Assembly: GCA_046563655.1 (NCBI GenBank)
Contig: CM102287.1
Coordinates: forward strand, 6,696,001-6,760,000
Reading direction: 5' to 3'
Length of the DNA: 64,000 nt
Origin: Yuukianura sp. NJ FZ-2021
Lineage: Eukaryota
Each line of letters starts with the position of its first letter. Position 1 is the stretch's first letter. Positions 1 to 12,096 of the stretch are shown in pieces. The translations under genes were made by a program, and so were the position numbers. Under the pieces are notes generated by a model that had not been told where the DNA came from, did no database searches, and saw nothing but the letters and a program-made list of their open reading frames with translations.

Positions 1-843
1 AGAAAAATTGAGTTTGTGCAAATCGGGTTCCCAATTCCACGTCGCGCATATCATGCCTGGAAGTTTTGTAATACGACACTTTCGGTATTCGATATTTTAC
101 TAGGAAAATGTTGAATATAACTACATTAAGTGATTGTCATGAAAAGATTTGTTGCTAAAGTTTAACTTTATGCCTTCATGAATATTCCGACTGTGAGAGT
201 GATGGGTCATAACGTCAAGGGAGCATTAGTGGTACTGGAGCTGATGCACCGAATGTCAGCGCTTAATTAGACGCACATGGGAAGATGTAGTGTGTAATTG
301 GGAAGGTAGGATTACAAGGGAGATGTCACAGATAAAGAAACCAAGAAACACCAAATGTTGGAAGTACATTGGCACAACCATAATTTGGAACGGAAATATG
401 GTTTCTGATGACAGGAACACAGAAATAGGAGGATCCAGGGCCTCAAGTACGCAGTCACTCAATGATGACGCTTCAACTGAAATCTGGAGTGCGATTTCAG
501 TCTCTTAACTTCCACAATCCACAGACACAAAGTCCCCAGCTCCTTAAAAGTTTTTTTCAAAGTGATTTTTTCTAAACTTATAAAACCCTTCCTGGAAATA
601 ACTGGAAATAACATTTCCATTACACAATACTTTCAAAAAAAATTTTTTTTTTTGATTTTCTTATAACTGGAAATCCACAAAATAGACTTTAGCTGCGAAA
701 AAGCAACTAAAACTTCATTAAAACTGTCAAGTAGTGACAAGTTAGATTAAACCTGTAACATAAAATGAGCTTTGAAAAAAAAAGTACAATTTCATTTCTC
801 CATTTGCAAATCCGGTTTATGGTATTTGGATTTCACTTCCTAG

Positions 844-3800
844 GCCTTCCAATGTCGATGCGGAAATTCCCAGCTTCCTTTTGGAATTCAGCGTACCAAC
901 CGACTAAATCGCTGACAAACTATGGTGCTGCTGCAGCGGAATTCTATGGAGCAGTCGACTACGGTAGCAGCCTCTCCAGCCTCGGTCACCACCACCAAGC
1001 AGATCCTTGGCACTACCAACTCCCACCTCCACATCAGACATATCACCACAGGCCCACCGAAATACCCTACCCACCAATTACCTCCTCCAGGTTAGAAATG
1101 CCTCAAAATCTCAATTTCCTTTAACATTGACTTTAAAATCAAAATTTTAAGTTATATTGATGTTTACAGAATTGACGCTGTCAATTCTTGTATTTTCTAG
1201 ATTTTCAACCCCCTCTTTTGGTTAAAATCCAGTTTTTCAATCTGGGAAAGCCCAGATTTTCCTGAACTTTTCAGAGTCTGGTTTTACCCAGTTTTTCTTT
1301 AGTTCAGTTGGAAAGTTACTGAACAATTGATAAAAAGTAAAGAAAGACTTGCAGTTGCAACAACTTTTCTATTGTACAACCTCAACGTCATTTTATCATA
1401 ATATTTTCAAATCCCACGTTTAAGGAATTACATCAAAAGTTGTAGATTATTCAGAAAACCGATGTTATTTTTTAATAATTAAAATCAAAAATTTCAGATT
1501 CAATGCAAGTCAATACGGGAGTTTTCTGCTTGCTGGAGCCGCAGCAAGTTCTGGTGCTGGACGCTTTGGAGGCATGGCCACTTCTGGGCAATGTGGTGTC
1601 GTCAATGTCAAGGGCGTGGGTGACGGGGGTAGTTGGCCTGGCGGGCGTTACCACCATCACCACCACGACTCACATGCGCTCTCTGACCTTCATAACCTCG
1701 CAGACTACAGCGCCGCCGCTGCCGCACACTATTCAAACATGGCTGCAGGTATATTTAAAAGACACCACCAATTTTTGCATTTTGTCAAATCCGGTTTCTT
1801 TCCTCATCCTGCTCATTCCCTAACATCTTGGAAACAACTTTTAACATAAAACTGTCATCCAACTGATACTTGAACATACACTTATGAGATGGCATGAAAA
1901 ATGGTTAGTTGGGTGCTCTGGGTGGACAGGGGGATGATGACATCTCTACGAGATCTCATATCAATTACAATAGAAGGGGATGAAAAATCATTAGTTGCTG
2001 TGTGATGAGGGGGATGAAAGTGCGGGAGGAGGGTGATTTTATTTTACCTATTGTGCTCTAATTAAAACCGGGTTCGTGCGTGTCTCCATATGGCTAGAAA
2101 TTAAATTTCAAAGGAAAAACGCATGACTAGACAGGAATTGTTCAATTGAAAACTGCTCATTGTCAGTTGAATTCATATTTATCCGCATTCAACTTATTAT
2201 TTATTACTTTTACAGATTATTAATCGAAAACAATCAAAGCTCATTTCTTCATTCGACCGAAAAATAGCCTCATTTCACGTTCTCATAAATTCATTTGTCA
2301 AATCTCACTCGAAAATGACTTTCTCTTTTCATCGGATGAGTTAATTCGCCTTGCTGACACTTTGGCAGTAATTAAAATTTCAAATTGATTAAATTTAAAC
2401 GAAGTTCAATCATTTCTGCACTAAGATGAAAAAAGTTAGAACTTTTACTAGCGTAAGCAGCCCTGCATTTACCGAATGGCTGAATAATGGAAAGGCTCTT
2501 TTCTCCTTGTAAACAATAATTTGTTTTCTCCCCTTCCGTCGTCTTCCCTTTCCCTCTTGCAATTCATTTGTGTCATTTTATTAGTTTTTTCTTCGCTTTG
2601 TCTCCCATTCAAGAATCCAAGGTTCAATTTACAACGTTTCTCCCCATCTCGATTCGTTTCACCAAAAGGACACCGTGATTTTCCACGTGTCCCTTCAAGG
2701 GCCCCCTCAAAATGTCAGGGCACTTGAATACTCTAGCACAACTTTTGTCAAATTCAAAAATTCAAGTCCTGTCGCGTGTTACAAAATCAAAGGCAGCGAA
2801 GAAAACTTTTTTTTTCAAAGCTTTCTCTTTGGCGAAGTTAGGTTTTTTAGAAATCGACTCATTCAGAAATATTTGACCTTTGATTTATCTTAGCCCGAAA
2901 ATTGTTGACAGCGATTGACCTCAAATTCTGCACGAATGTGTCACTCTTAAACCAAAAGCCGAACAACCAAATAAGTGCTGACACAACAAAAGTTTTATTG
3001 GATGACGATATGATCTGTTTGATTGACTTCGGAAGAGTGACGACCTTCTGCTCCAGATTAATTTCAGTAGATCACCCATTCGTGCCAGGCGTTGTGTCAA
3101 GGGACTTTGGGTGATCTGATATCCAGGACTTCCCTGTTGTTCTCTGGGACTTAATGAAGCGTCACTACAAGTGTGACTTCCAAGTACCTGCTTATGACTT
3201 ATAGCGTTAGGGTGGTCCTCTTTTAGTTTCAAATGCAATATCCCAAAATCTCATTACGCGCCAAGTATGAATAGAAGGGAGGAAACGTACGTGGTGAATC
3301 CAGGAAGTCGACGGAGATTCAATTGTTGAGGGGAGAAGCTGCTTAGGCGTATAATTGGAGGACTTTCGCTTCTTTTCCCATTGTGTTCCCTTGGCATCTT
3401 TAATGGAGCATCCGAGGGAGGATGAAAGGAAACACAACGGAGGGGCCCTTGGCACGGGGCCAGAGATCAGTGATGAGATTTTTATTATTAAACTTTTTAT
3501 TACATTCTACCCAAGGACGATGACATGGAATTGAAGCTCTCCCGGTCGAGAGGCTGTGACAAATCAACAAGTGGAACAAGGATGCAATATAGACAGTAGT
3601 TAACGTTATTACAAAAGTTGGAATTATATTCAAGCTGGATCTGCAGAGAGTCAAAGGGCCAAAGCAGTTCTGGATGTCATTGATTCGACAAGGTGAAATG
3701 TAATTATTGCAGTGTTTCCTGGAACTATTGATTCCACAGAAGCAGTAATAATTTGCCATGTCAGAAGGACCAGGACTAATGAAACTTTTAGTTTCGTTTA

Positions 3801-4825
3801 GCAAGGGACTGAAAGTTCTGTAAAGCTGAAAAGTGAAAGTCCAGGGGACTGTAATTGCCTTTTGTTTCCAGAACTTTGAGTCTTCTTCCAATAAATCATT
3901 AGCGTCGTCCTGGGTGTCTCCTAGTGGCTTCTGTTCTGGAGCAAAAGGGGATAGCTTGGATATGCTTTCACCAACTTTCATTTTAGGATCCTCCGCCCAA
4001 CTAATCGAATTCTTCTGGATGAAATAACCAACATTGGATTTTTTTTTATAGAAAATCCATGACTTTTCATCATAAGAAGCACTTAGAACTTCCGCAGTTT
4101 TCTCTCATAATTTTTGACACACTACGGCAAAAAATTACTTCGAACGTGAAACGCAAGCTTTTAATTTTGGGAAATAATATAGTTCAGTCTCATTTTTCTG
4201 ACTTTCTGAAACTCAATTCGAGCAGTATTGGCATATTTAGTGATGTGAAAGCAAATTCGAGATTCAAAGCGTCTGCATGGAGTTCCTGGACTGTGGACAT
4301 GGAGACTTTCTCCTCTCGATTTGTGTCCATCCAGAAGATATTTCTCGCTGTCTGCTTTCCCCGAGTGCCTTTATGCGTCCTTTGGTCTTTTGATGGCTGT
4401 TTGTATGTAACTGAAGGGGAAATTTAGGGGGGCGGAGGTAGGGAAAGTGGCAGTGGAGGACATAGAGACTTTGTTTTATTATTCGAATAAAAGTGAGTAA
4501 GGCCTTCCACTACGAAAGCGTCGAATACTCCGCCTCCCTAAGCCTCCATACTCCACCTCTTCCCAATAATCAAGACAAAAGGACTTGGACAAGGGCTCAC
4601 TTCACTCAGGTTCCGAGTGACGGACACACGCAACTTTCACCCGATGCACAAAACTTGAATTTCCTCTGACTCTTTTTTTTGTCGTGTGTCACTTTTCCTT
4701 CCTATGAAAAAAAAAAATCTTGAGACATTGCGAGTGAAAGTCCTTCAAATTCTGACTGTTTTTAATTTTCAGGCCTGGAGTCAACTGTAGTTCAAGACAC
4801 AGCCAAAGACCTATACTGGTTTTAA
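844..4825 (+). CDS. vg: Vestigial (Scalloped/TEAD co-activator), 3' part only; 5' exons lie upstream of the window
   Basis: Exons 844-1090, 1498-1748 and 4773-4825 have GT-AG boundaries and compatible phases. Translation: GLPMSMRKFPASFWNSAYQP...ADPWHY...RFNASQYGSFLL...YSNMAA|GLESTVVQDTAKDLYWF*. The PMSxRxFPxSFWNSxY motif and the C-terminal KDLYWF are characteristic of Vestigial proteins. Confidence 0.93.
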
Positions 4826-5810
4826 CTTCTGTATTTGAAAAAACGCATTTTTCTCGAGGTCAACAGACTCAACGCAGTTGGAGGTCAGAAAATCAGGACA
4901 ACTTCAAAAGCAACGGAAAGTTCAATTGGCGCGTGGCGATTCGGCTACAGCTATATAGCTTCCTTAAGAATCTTTTATCGTATTTTTATTGATTGTTCTC
5001 TAATTCTAGGTCACAAGAGGTCACATGAGACCGAATAAAATTTGGTTAACTAACTTATTTCTCCTAAACAAACTTGTTTTTGCTTGATCATTAACATTAT
5101 TGACTTATCCTCATCACTATCCTGTAGATTACTGTTTCAGCAATGCCTTCACTGGTTTCACAACACATCGAAATCAATTTTTATTCTAAATGCAAAATTC
5201 AAGATTAAAGGATTAAGATTTTATGGTATTTCTAATTAATTAACGTTTTGGCGCTTTAATTTACGGTTTGTTAAGATTCGACTCAGATTAAATACGTACA
5301 GTTCAAAGAGCTCTCCCATTATATGGATATTCAATATTGTTATTAGACATAATATTATTATATCTTCCGCTACTATTTTAATATCTAGTCAAAGCTATAT
5401 GTTCTTAGTTATTGTATCTCTAGCAATAAGATTATTAATGAAATTCTAAACAGCAAAAATTCTAAAAAACTAAGTTATGGTAGAAATGGCACCAGTCAAA
5501 TACGTATTAAGGATCCATTTTTTTTATTATGAAATTTTTGTCATGTAACTGCTGCTTCTTCGAAATTTATTTCGAATGTCATACGTATAGCGTTCTCGAA
5601 TGCGTAAGTAACAGTTTGAATTTTAAATCCAAAGTTATGGAACTCTTAAGTCATTAATTTATATATTTTGAACAATGTAACATATTTCGTAATAAACTTG
5701 AGTTCTCGTATACTCCAAGTTCTGTCAAGAGAATTAACTTCCGCGTATATACGCGTATTATCGGAGTTTCAAAAAAGGAGAAGCATTTCGCTTTTTGTAC
5801 AACCTTAAAC

Positions 5811-7303
5811 CTAAAATTTTCTTTGATCCCTACCATACCATACAATTATACAAAATGCAATCGTTATAACACTCAAACTAAAGAAGTTCGTGTATGTATA
5901 AAATAGAGGGTTAAGTGAAATTTGCTGACCAATTATAATTGGGTAAACCCCGCTCACGAAGCCCGCCGAAACTAAGAATATTGACCCAATTACATTAGTA
6001 ACGACAAGATAGCGGGCAATATAAGCGTAGAAACTGGCTTGTACAGTTGACAAGCCAAGACCCAGCAAGATGGCTCCCAGCCATAGCAACAACGGATCCA
6101 CATTGGAAGCTAGAAGAATGATGTTGGCGACAATGAGCATGAAAAAATTGAACGTCAGAATCCCTATGGCTGGAATTTTGGAAATGGCAAAAATTCCAAC
6201 GAAACTTCCAACAGATATAGAAGCAGCTAAGGCTGAAAAAAGAATCGAACTCTGCGATTCCGACAATCCGTGATCCGTAAATTGTGCAAACGTTGACATG
6301 TACAGTTTTGAGCTCAGGTCCATTCCTGTGTAAAATGCAATGAAAACTGCAGAGAACGCAATACACACAATCTTCAAACGCTTGCTAGTTTTTGCATTAT
6401 CAGTTTGTTCATGTTTTCCCTCCGTTTGGCTGGTTCCCGGAGGAGGCGGAAAATATGGTTGGAAAATATACAGCAAAAGGTGAACCGACGCTGCAACTGC
6501 TGTGTACACTGCAATAGCCGTAAATGGAATCCACATTGGGTCACCGGTTTGAGCTTCAGCGTTCAATTGACTAAGAAATGGAGCCATCAAAAATCCTGGA
6601 ATAAATGCTCCAACAGAACCGAAGAAGTATAGTACTTGCAGATATGGTCCACATTTGTCTTGCCACATTTCCAGCATCCACACAATTTCTGACGTATCGT
6701 ATGCACCAAAACACAGCCCAATGACTGCTGAGTGAATATACATCGACATCAGTGTAGGCAAATGGCTTGACAATGCCACACAAACTGCGATTCCGAACAG
6801 AAATATGACCATACCCAATTGTCGCTTTATAAATTTGTATATGAAACTAACTGAAAAAAAAAATCAGACAAATTAATAGCTCAAATTAAAACTGAGCGGG
6901 GTTATGAATGTACTTTTTTCACAGCGTTTTGTTTTGACTAACCCAAAAACGCTCCAATTAGATAGGTGACAAGTGACAGTGTTGTGCCCACCGAAATTGC
7001 AGCTACATTTGTATCGTATTTTGTTGCGTAGTAAGTCATCGTTGGTGAATAAGAGTTGACACTGCTTGCCTATAGCAAACAAGAATATTAGAAAGTAACA
7101 ACATTACAAGAACAGCACTGTACATTGCTCATTTGGAAGAATTACTGCGAATGTTCGCAGTGTTTTTCTATGAATTTTAAATGATGTTATGTGAATTTTC
7201 GTACCACTCCGATATTTGCAAGGTAGATTGCCAAAGTTGTTATAAGATAACGGCGTCGAGTACTCCGTGAAACAGATTCTTCAATCTTCTCAATGGCGTG
7301 CAT
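5811..7303 (-). CDS. Major facilitator superfamily transporter, MFSD4/NAGLT1 (sodium-dependent glucose transporter 1)-like, 421 aa
   Basis: Exons 7303-7205 (MHAIEKIEESVSRSTRRRYLITTLAIYLANIGV), 7069-6943 (ASSVNSYSPTMTYYATKYDTNVAAISVGTTLSLVTYLIGAFL) and 6850-5811. GT-AG introns, 1266 nt in total, in frame. Many hydrophobic helices. WMLEMWQDKCGPYLQVLYFFGSVGAFIPGFLMAPFL resembles the MFSD4-type motif. Confidence 0.85.
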
Positions 7304-8072
7304 TTTTAAATATTATACTTTGAGTAACTACTACAAACAAATCATTATCAAATTGAAAACTCAAACAACTTCACTTCGTTTAGCAATTTTTTCTAAAAAC
7401 TAACAAATAAAACTCAGTTATACATGGATGGGGGAGTGAAAATAATTTCGTAGATAATTTGGACGAGTAGAAAGAGTTTTCGGGTTACCCATAAAATATT
7501 TTATACTCCTCTTCACTGTGAGTGTGAGGTAATCTTGATCTCACCGATAAATGATATCGATGGAAAAATTATTAATCCGAATACTATATTTAACAATGAA
7601 GAAATTTATCCAAAATTTACGTAAATATTTACTAAAAACGTAAATATTTTTTTCCCGTCAAATCGGCGGAAATATTTAAAAAATATGTAATAAGTAAGTA
7701 CATGCTTTTGACATCCCCGGTTATACGTTACGCTGAAAGAGATAGGTGAAGTAAACCGAATTCTATGTGGTGCAGTGCACGCCACCTCTTTTGGTTACAA
7801 AGACTCTTGTACCCACCCGCTTTGCAACTTACAATTTAATGCGACGGTGGATACAACACAGTCTGATTTCCTTTACCCAACCAAGTATTGGGTGGGTCTG
7901 ACAATATTTGAGATTTTAAATTCCTCGCACTTTGTTGAGCAGTATATGACTACGTACGTCTCTGTCAAGGCGGATTTCTCGGACTCTATGCGGAAGAGGT
8001 TAGGTTTTGAAAAACCATACTTCAACCTGTTTAACCTGAATTAGGTCGAGGCTGTTCAGAGGTGGGTTCTTA

Positions 8073-8408
8073 TTATTAAGTAGCTTTAGCTACTATATAA
8101 AAGTATTTTTGTCCGTCATCACGTTTTCCGTCATATCCCCATAACGAAAGCCGGTCCGTCATCGCGTTTTCCGTCATGACATAGGGAAAACCATTGTAAA
8201 ATGGTGAAAACATCCGCACAATTATCTCGGAAACTACTGGATCGATTTCGTTCCGGTTTTCACCATTTAACAGCTAATGACCCGGGTGAGGTCAAGTTGC
8301 AATATCATTCCGGTCAGTGACCTCCTTCCGGGTCAAAATCAATTTCAAAGGTCAAGTGAATTGCAGATGGAGGAAGTCTGGGTAGAAAAAACTCTGCTTG
8401 TGGGACTG
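8073..8408 (+). mobile_element. Left-end copy of the HINE/DINE-1-like element (subTIR, two ~41-bp GTCCGTC repeat units, core sequence)
   Basis: Near-identical to 15421-15934 (e.g. ATTATCTCGGAAACTACTGGATCGAT and GGTCAAGTGAATTGCAGATGGAGGAAGTCTGGGTAGAAAAAACTCTGCTTGTGGGACTG). Identity stops after GTGGGACTG. Confidence 0.8.
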
Positions 8409-8562
8409 CTCTCCTTTTTTCGCGGGATTTCGGCATGCACGGATTGGCTGAAAAGCAGATCACAGGATTCTGTCATCTCTGGGCCTTTATTGGAGTCGCT
8501 GGGACTCCAAGATGAATTTAACTTTGCTTTGCTGTCATCCAAACCTGAAAATAGAAAAAAGA

Positions 8563-9855
8563 TCAATTGAAATTGCTAATGAAGTGGAACTGAAAATTGT
8601 CAAGTTTAGTTTCACCCAGATTGATCCAACTTTGCCAAGTTACAGCATCTCTCCATTGCCTCCGATTCCGTTCCGTATTGGGAACAAGAGCTTGGAGTCC
8701 TGCATCTATATCTGCAGCAGCTTCGACTGCAAATTTTGGAATGCCTTGAGAATCCATTGATACGTCGTAAATTTTTTGGCCATAACGTGGGCAGTAATCT
8801 ACAAAAACATCAGCGTTCAATTGCGCCGTCTCTAATGGCCCAATAAAGACATAACGCGGAGCCAGCCCTTCACGAGTTACAGTGTCAGCGTCGGCTAGAC
8901 TTAGAACTCTATCTTTGACGAGGTTCCAAGTTGCGTTGAGAATTGCATATCTAAAAAATTAACTAAAGGTTAAATTACTCATATTTTGCGTTCTAAATTG
9001 TAGTAATAGTAGAAGGCACTTACTGAACTCGCGGTTGAGCAAAACCAGCAATTTCTTTGAATTACGACCGGAGTTTGGCCAAGGTCAGTCAGAAGTTGAC
9101 GAATTTTAAAGGTGACCTCGGGTTTTGTTTTGGGATTCGGAACCAACTAGACCAGCCGAATAAAGTACGACGGATTAATCTGCATTATAAATAACAATAA
9201 CTTTAGTTTCCAACTAAAAAATAGTAATAAGGCATTCTTTCTTTACTGGGTGAACAATCAGACTTTGCGTTTGAATTGAACGGTCATTTACAAATTTCGA
9301 TGAAGGAATGGCCGAACTGGAGCTGCCAATAATAGCCTGTGTGTGTTCCCAACCTTGTTGAACACTTCGTCAATGTTAACGAAGACTGAACGCTTGACGT
9401 CTAGGCGTTCCGGATTACATTCTTGGATATACGTGGCGTCCCGGAGGGTGTCCTCAAGAGTAGAATAACCTTAGATATGATGGTAAAAAAAATATTCTAA
9501 GGTTAAAACGATTTTTCTTACATTTTTTGGAGGCGTTCGTTCACTTGAAATCTTACTTGAAATGAGCTCGGATTGCATCTTTGATGAAAGTATCTTCGAG
9601 TTCTTCAGAGTCCCATCTTCCTCCAGTTTTTTCCGAATGTCTGTCAATGCCAAATTTACTACAACGGGATCCGTGTCATAAAGTCTGACCTGATGACCTA
9701 CAGAGGCAAAGAGCATTGCCCAAGACTTTCCAATAAGACCGCTATAATAAGATCAAACAATACAAAATGCAATAAGTTAATATCGCTAAAAAGCATCATC
9801 AGTCACTCAGCGATACTTACCTCCCGAGAATGGCTACGATCTCTTTGCTCTCCAT
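8563..9855 (-). pseudogene. CRYL1: Lambda-crystallin homolog / L-gulonate 3-dehydrogenase pseudogene retaining 4 introns
   Basis: Exons 9855-9821, 9741-9557, 9469-9247, 9179-9024 and 8950-~8563 give [34 protein letters not shown]...QECNPERLDVKRSVF...IIGSSSSAIPSSKF...HPINPSYFIRLV*LVP...GLAPRYVFIGPLETAQLNA. Lesions: frameshift in a (CA)n run at ~9337-9345, in-frame TAG at 9149-9147 replacing the E of LVELVP, and a second frameshift at ~9055-9062. Confidence 0.9.
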
Positions 9856-10393
9856 GCTATCGAAGCCTTTGTATCTAAGTTCTCAGATTCGAGTATTGTA
9901 AACTGTAAAGTTAACGCTGAAATCTTGTTCCTTTGAGGTTTGTGATACCAATCTTCATACCCCAGAAAATGGAACTGGACATTCAATTCGTCTGGCCGCC
10001 GGAGCAGAAGAATCTGAAACAGTCAAGACTTTATTAGGAAATAGGTCAGAGGTTCGGCTATCAAGTAAGGTCAAACTGAACACGATAATTTGTCATGTCT
10101 TGGTGTCAAATTTATTAAAGGACTCACTTCAGAGAGTGTACTGTTAAGTCGAAATGTCAACCGAAATTTTGCCAATGGTATGCTGCTTTATCAAATTTCA
10201 AAATTTTTGCGGTGTGTAGATTGGGTATGAATGTAGTATTTCGTTTTTTTCCCCGCTATTTTTAGAACAAATGAATGGAACTATACATAACTGTTTACTT
10301 CATACAAAAGTACTAATACTACTTGGACAACAATGGATGAGCATTGCTATACTGTCCAGAGGCAGGTCACCCCTTCCCCCCCCCTCCCCCTCC

Positions 10394-10550
10394 GAACTTT
10401 CTGGAAGGTTCCACTATATCGAAAACCGATCATAGCCAGTAACAGTCTCCATTGTTTTCCATATAGCAGTCACTGCTTAGAAGCAGAAGAAGTTCACTGT
10501 CTTTCTAGAACCTTCTAGAAGGTTCCTTTCTAGAACCATCTAGAAGGTTC
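10394..10550. promoter_or_regulatory. Cluster of heat-shock elements (alternating nGAAn units)
   Basis: GAActTTCtgGAAggTTC (10394-10411), TTCtaGAAccTTCtaGAAggTTC (10503-10525) and TTCtaGAAccATCtaGAAggTTC (10528-10550). Confidence 0.6.
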
Positions 10551-10720
10551 TCGTTGTGATGTCGTCGGTCGCCATTTTGAAATCCCGCAGTGATTCTTAG
10601 AAACCCGGCCTGGGTAGACGTACTTTACGTTCCTCGCAAAAAAAACCGCAAAAGTTTCTCTTTTTTTTTGCAACACCGTGCAAATTTTGTTTGTGCGGAA
10701 CAATTTGTGAGCGACCAGTG

Positions 10721-11413
10721 TCAATGGACAAGGACGATGGATGACTTGGACATACTCACGGTGGACAAACTGTAGAGTTCAAGGGCCCTCACTGTTACCT
10801 GGATATTTCCGAAGACTTCAAGACCCGACGTCGGTAAGTTGCCAATTTTTTTTTTGTTTAGCTTATCCTTTCCTATCGCAAATCGCAATGTTTGACTTCA
10901 ACTTTTGCGAAGTCAATCTCTGCTTGACCAATCTTCAATGGACAAGGAAGGACGACCTGGGATTCCCTAACAGTAACAGTACTCACCGTGGACATACTAC
11001 AGAGCTCAAGCGCCAGGACTGGAATGTGGATATTTGCGAAAACCACCACACGGCGGCAAGTTTTTGGCAACTTCATTTCAGCTTCTCTTTTCCTATCACA
11101 ATCGCAATGTTTGACTTCTTTTGCGAAGTCAATCTCTGCTTGACCAATCTTCAATGGACAAGGAAGGATGACCTAGGACACCTTAAGTACTAACTGTGGA
11201 CAACCTACAGAGCTCAAGTGCCAGGACTGGAATGTGGATATTTGCGAAAACTATGAAAACCCACCAGACGTCGGCAAGTTTTTGGCAACTGTTGATTTCA
11301 TTCAGCTTCTCTTTTCCTATCGCAATCGCAATGTGTTTGCGTTCTTTTTGTGACGTCAATCTCTGCTTGCTTGACCAATCTTCAATGGACAAGGAAGGAT
11401 GACCTAGGACACC
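10721..11413. repeat. Tandem repeat, ~215-230-bp unit, three copies plus a partial fourth
   Basis: TCAATGGACAAGGA recurs at 10721, 10935, 11151 and 11382. The units share GTCAATCTCTGCTTG, GGAATGTGGATATTTGCGAA and GGCAAGTTTTTGGCAACT blocks. Confidence 0.9.
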
Positions 11414-12096
11414 AAAGGCTCTTTTGATAAGTTTTTCGCTCTGTTTCCTCTTACGTTTCACATCTCCCACGGTAGATTCAAAATTTCACGCCAAGTTTTC
11501 TGCCATTGTTACCGACTCCTGCAAAAATTTGAGGCGATGTTCACTCCAAGTCTGTCGCTCAGTTCAAGGCCTCTGGACTCTGCCAAATCCGCTACTTTGT
11601 TCAACAGTTCTTTATCGACTCGGCGCAGAGAATCCAAGTGGAAGTTGACAACAGCCGAGAGACATTTGATTGCAAGTTCAGCGTAAACGGGAGAGTGGAC
11701 AAGTACTTGCTCCAGTGCGGGAATCATTTGATGAACGTAGGAAACCGGAAGTAGCATAATGCTTTGTTCCAACTCTATTGCCTTGATAGTACTTAAACTT
11801 AGCACTTTGGTCATGAACTCATTCAGTGTCTCAGCACCGTAGGCTTGCAGGAGAGGGTGTTCATCAATCATCTTTGAATACATCAAGGAGCTTCGATGAG
11901 TTTGTCAGCCTGTTCAGACCAAATTCGAAATTTTCAAAAAATAATCTTTTCTAAAAGTTGCAAACTTTGGAAATTACCATTTTTTCAATATCAGCTGTTT
12001 GTAGACTTGGTAGATTTGGATTTTTAGTGATGGCTTCTTTCTCCATGTCATCTTCCCTCTCTCGTTCTCGTTCATCTTTTTCCAAACACGAATTAA
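11414..12096 (-). pseudogene. WDR3: WDR3/Utp12 (SSU processome) C-terminal gene fragment, degraded, with one retained intron
   Basis: LIRVWKK.../DEREREREDDMEKE...IEKM, intron 11977-11910 (GT-AG), then ADKLIEA (frameshift) HPLLQAYGAETLNEFMTKVLS...IKAIELEQSIMLLPVSYVHQMI...ELAIKCLSAVVNFH...DRLGVNIA...KRKRKQSEKLIKRAF. This matches the Utp12 domain and basic tail of WDR3. Several frameshifts and stops; WD40 repeats absent. Confidence 0.8.

Noticed and set aside
405..430. CTGATGA...GAAA hammerhead-like core
   Set aside because: No stem II between the motifs and no stem I or III pairing with an NUH site.
1..843. Equivalent of the Drosophila vestigial wing enhancers in this intron
   Set aside because: No clear Su(H) GTGRGAA site or other diagnostic cluster was seen, so it cannot be supported from sequence alone.
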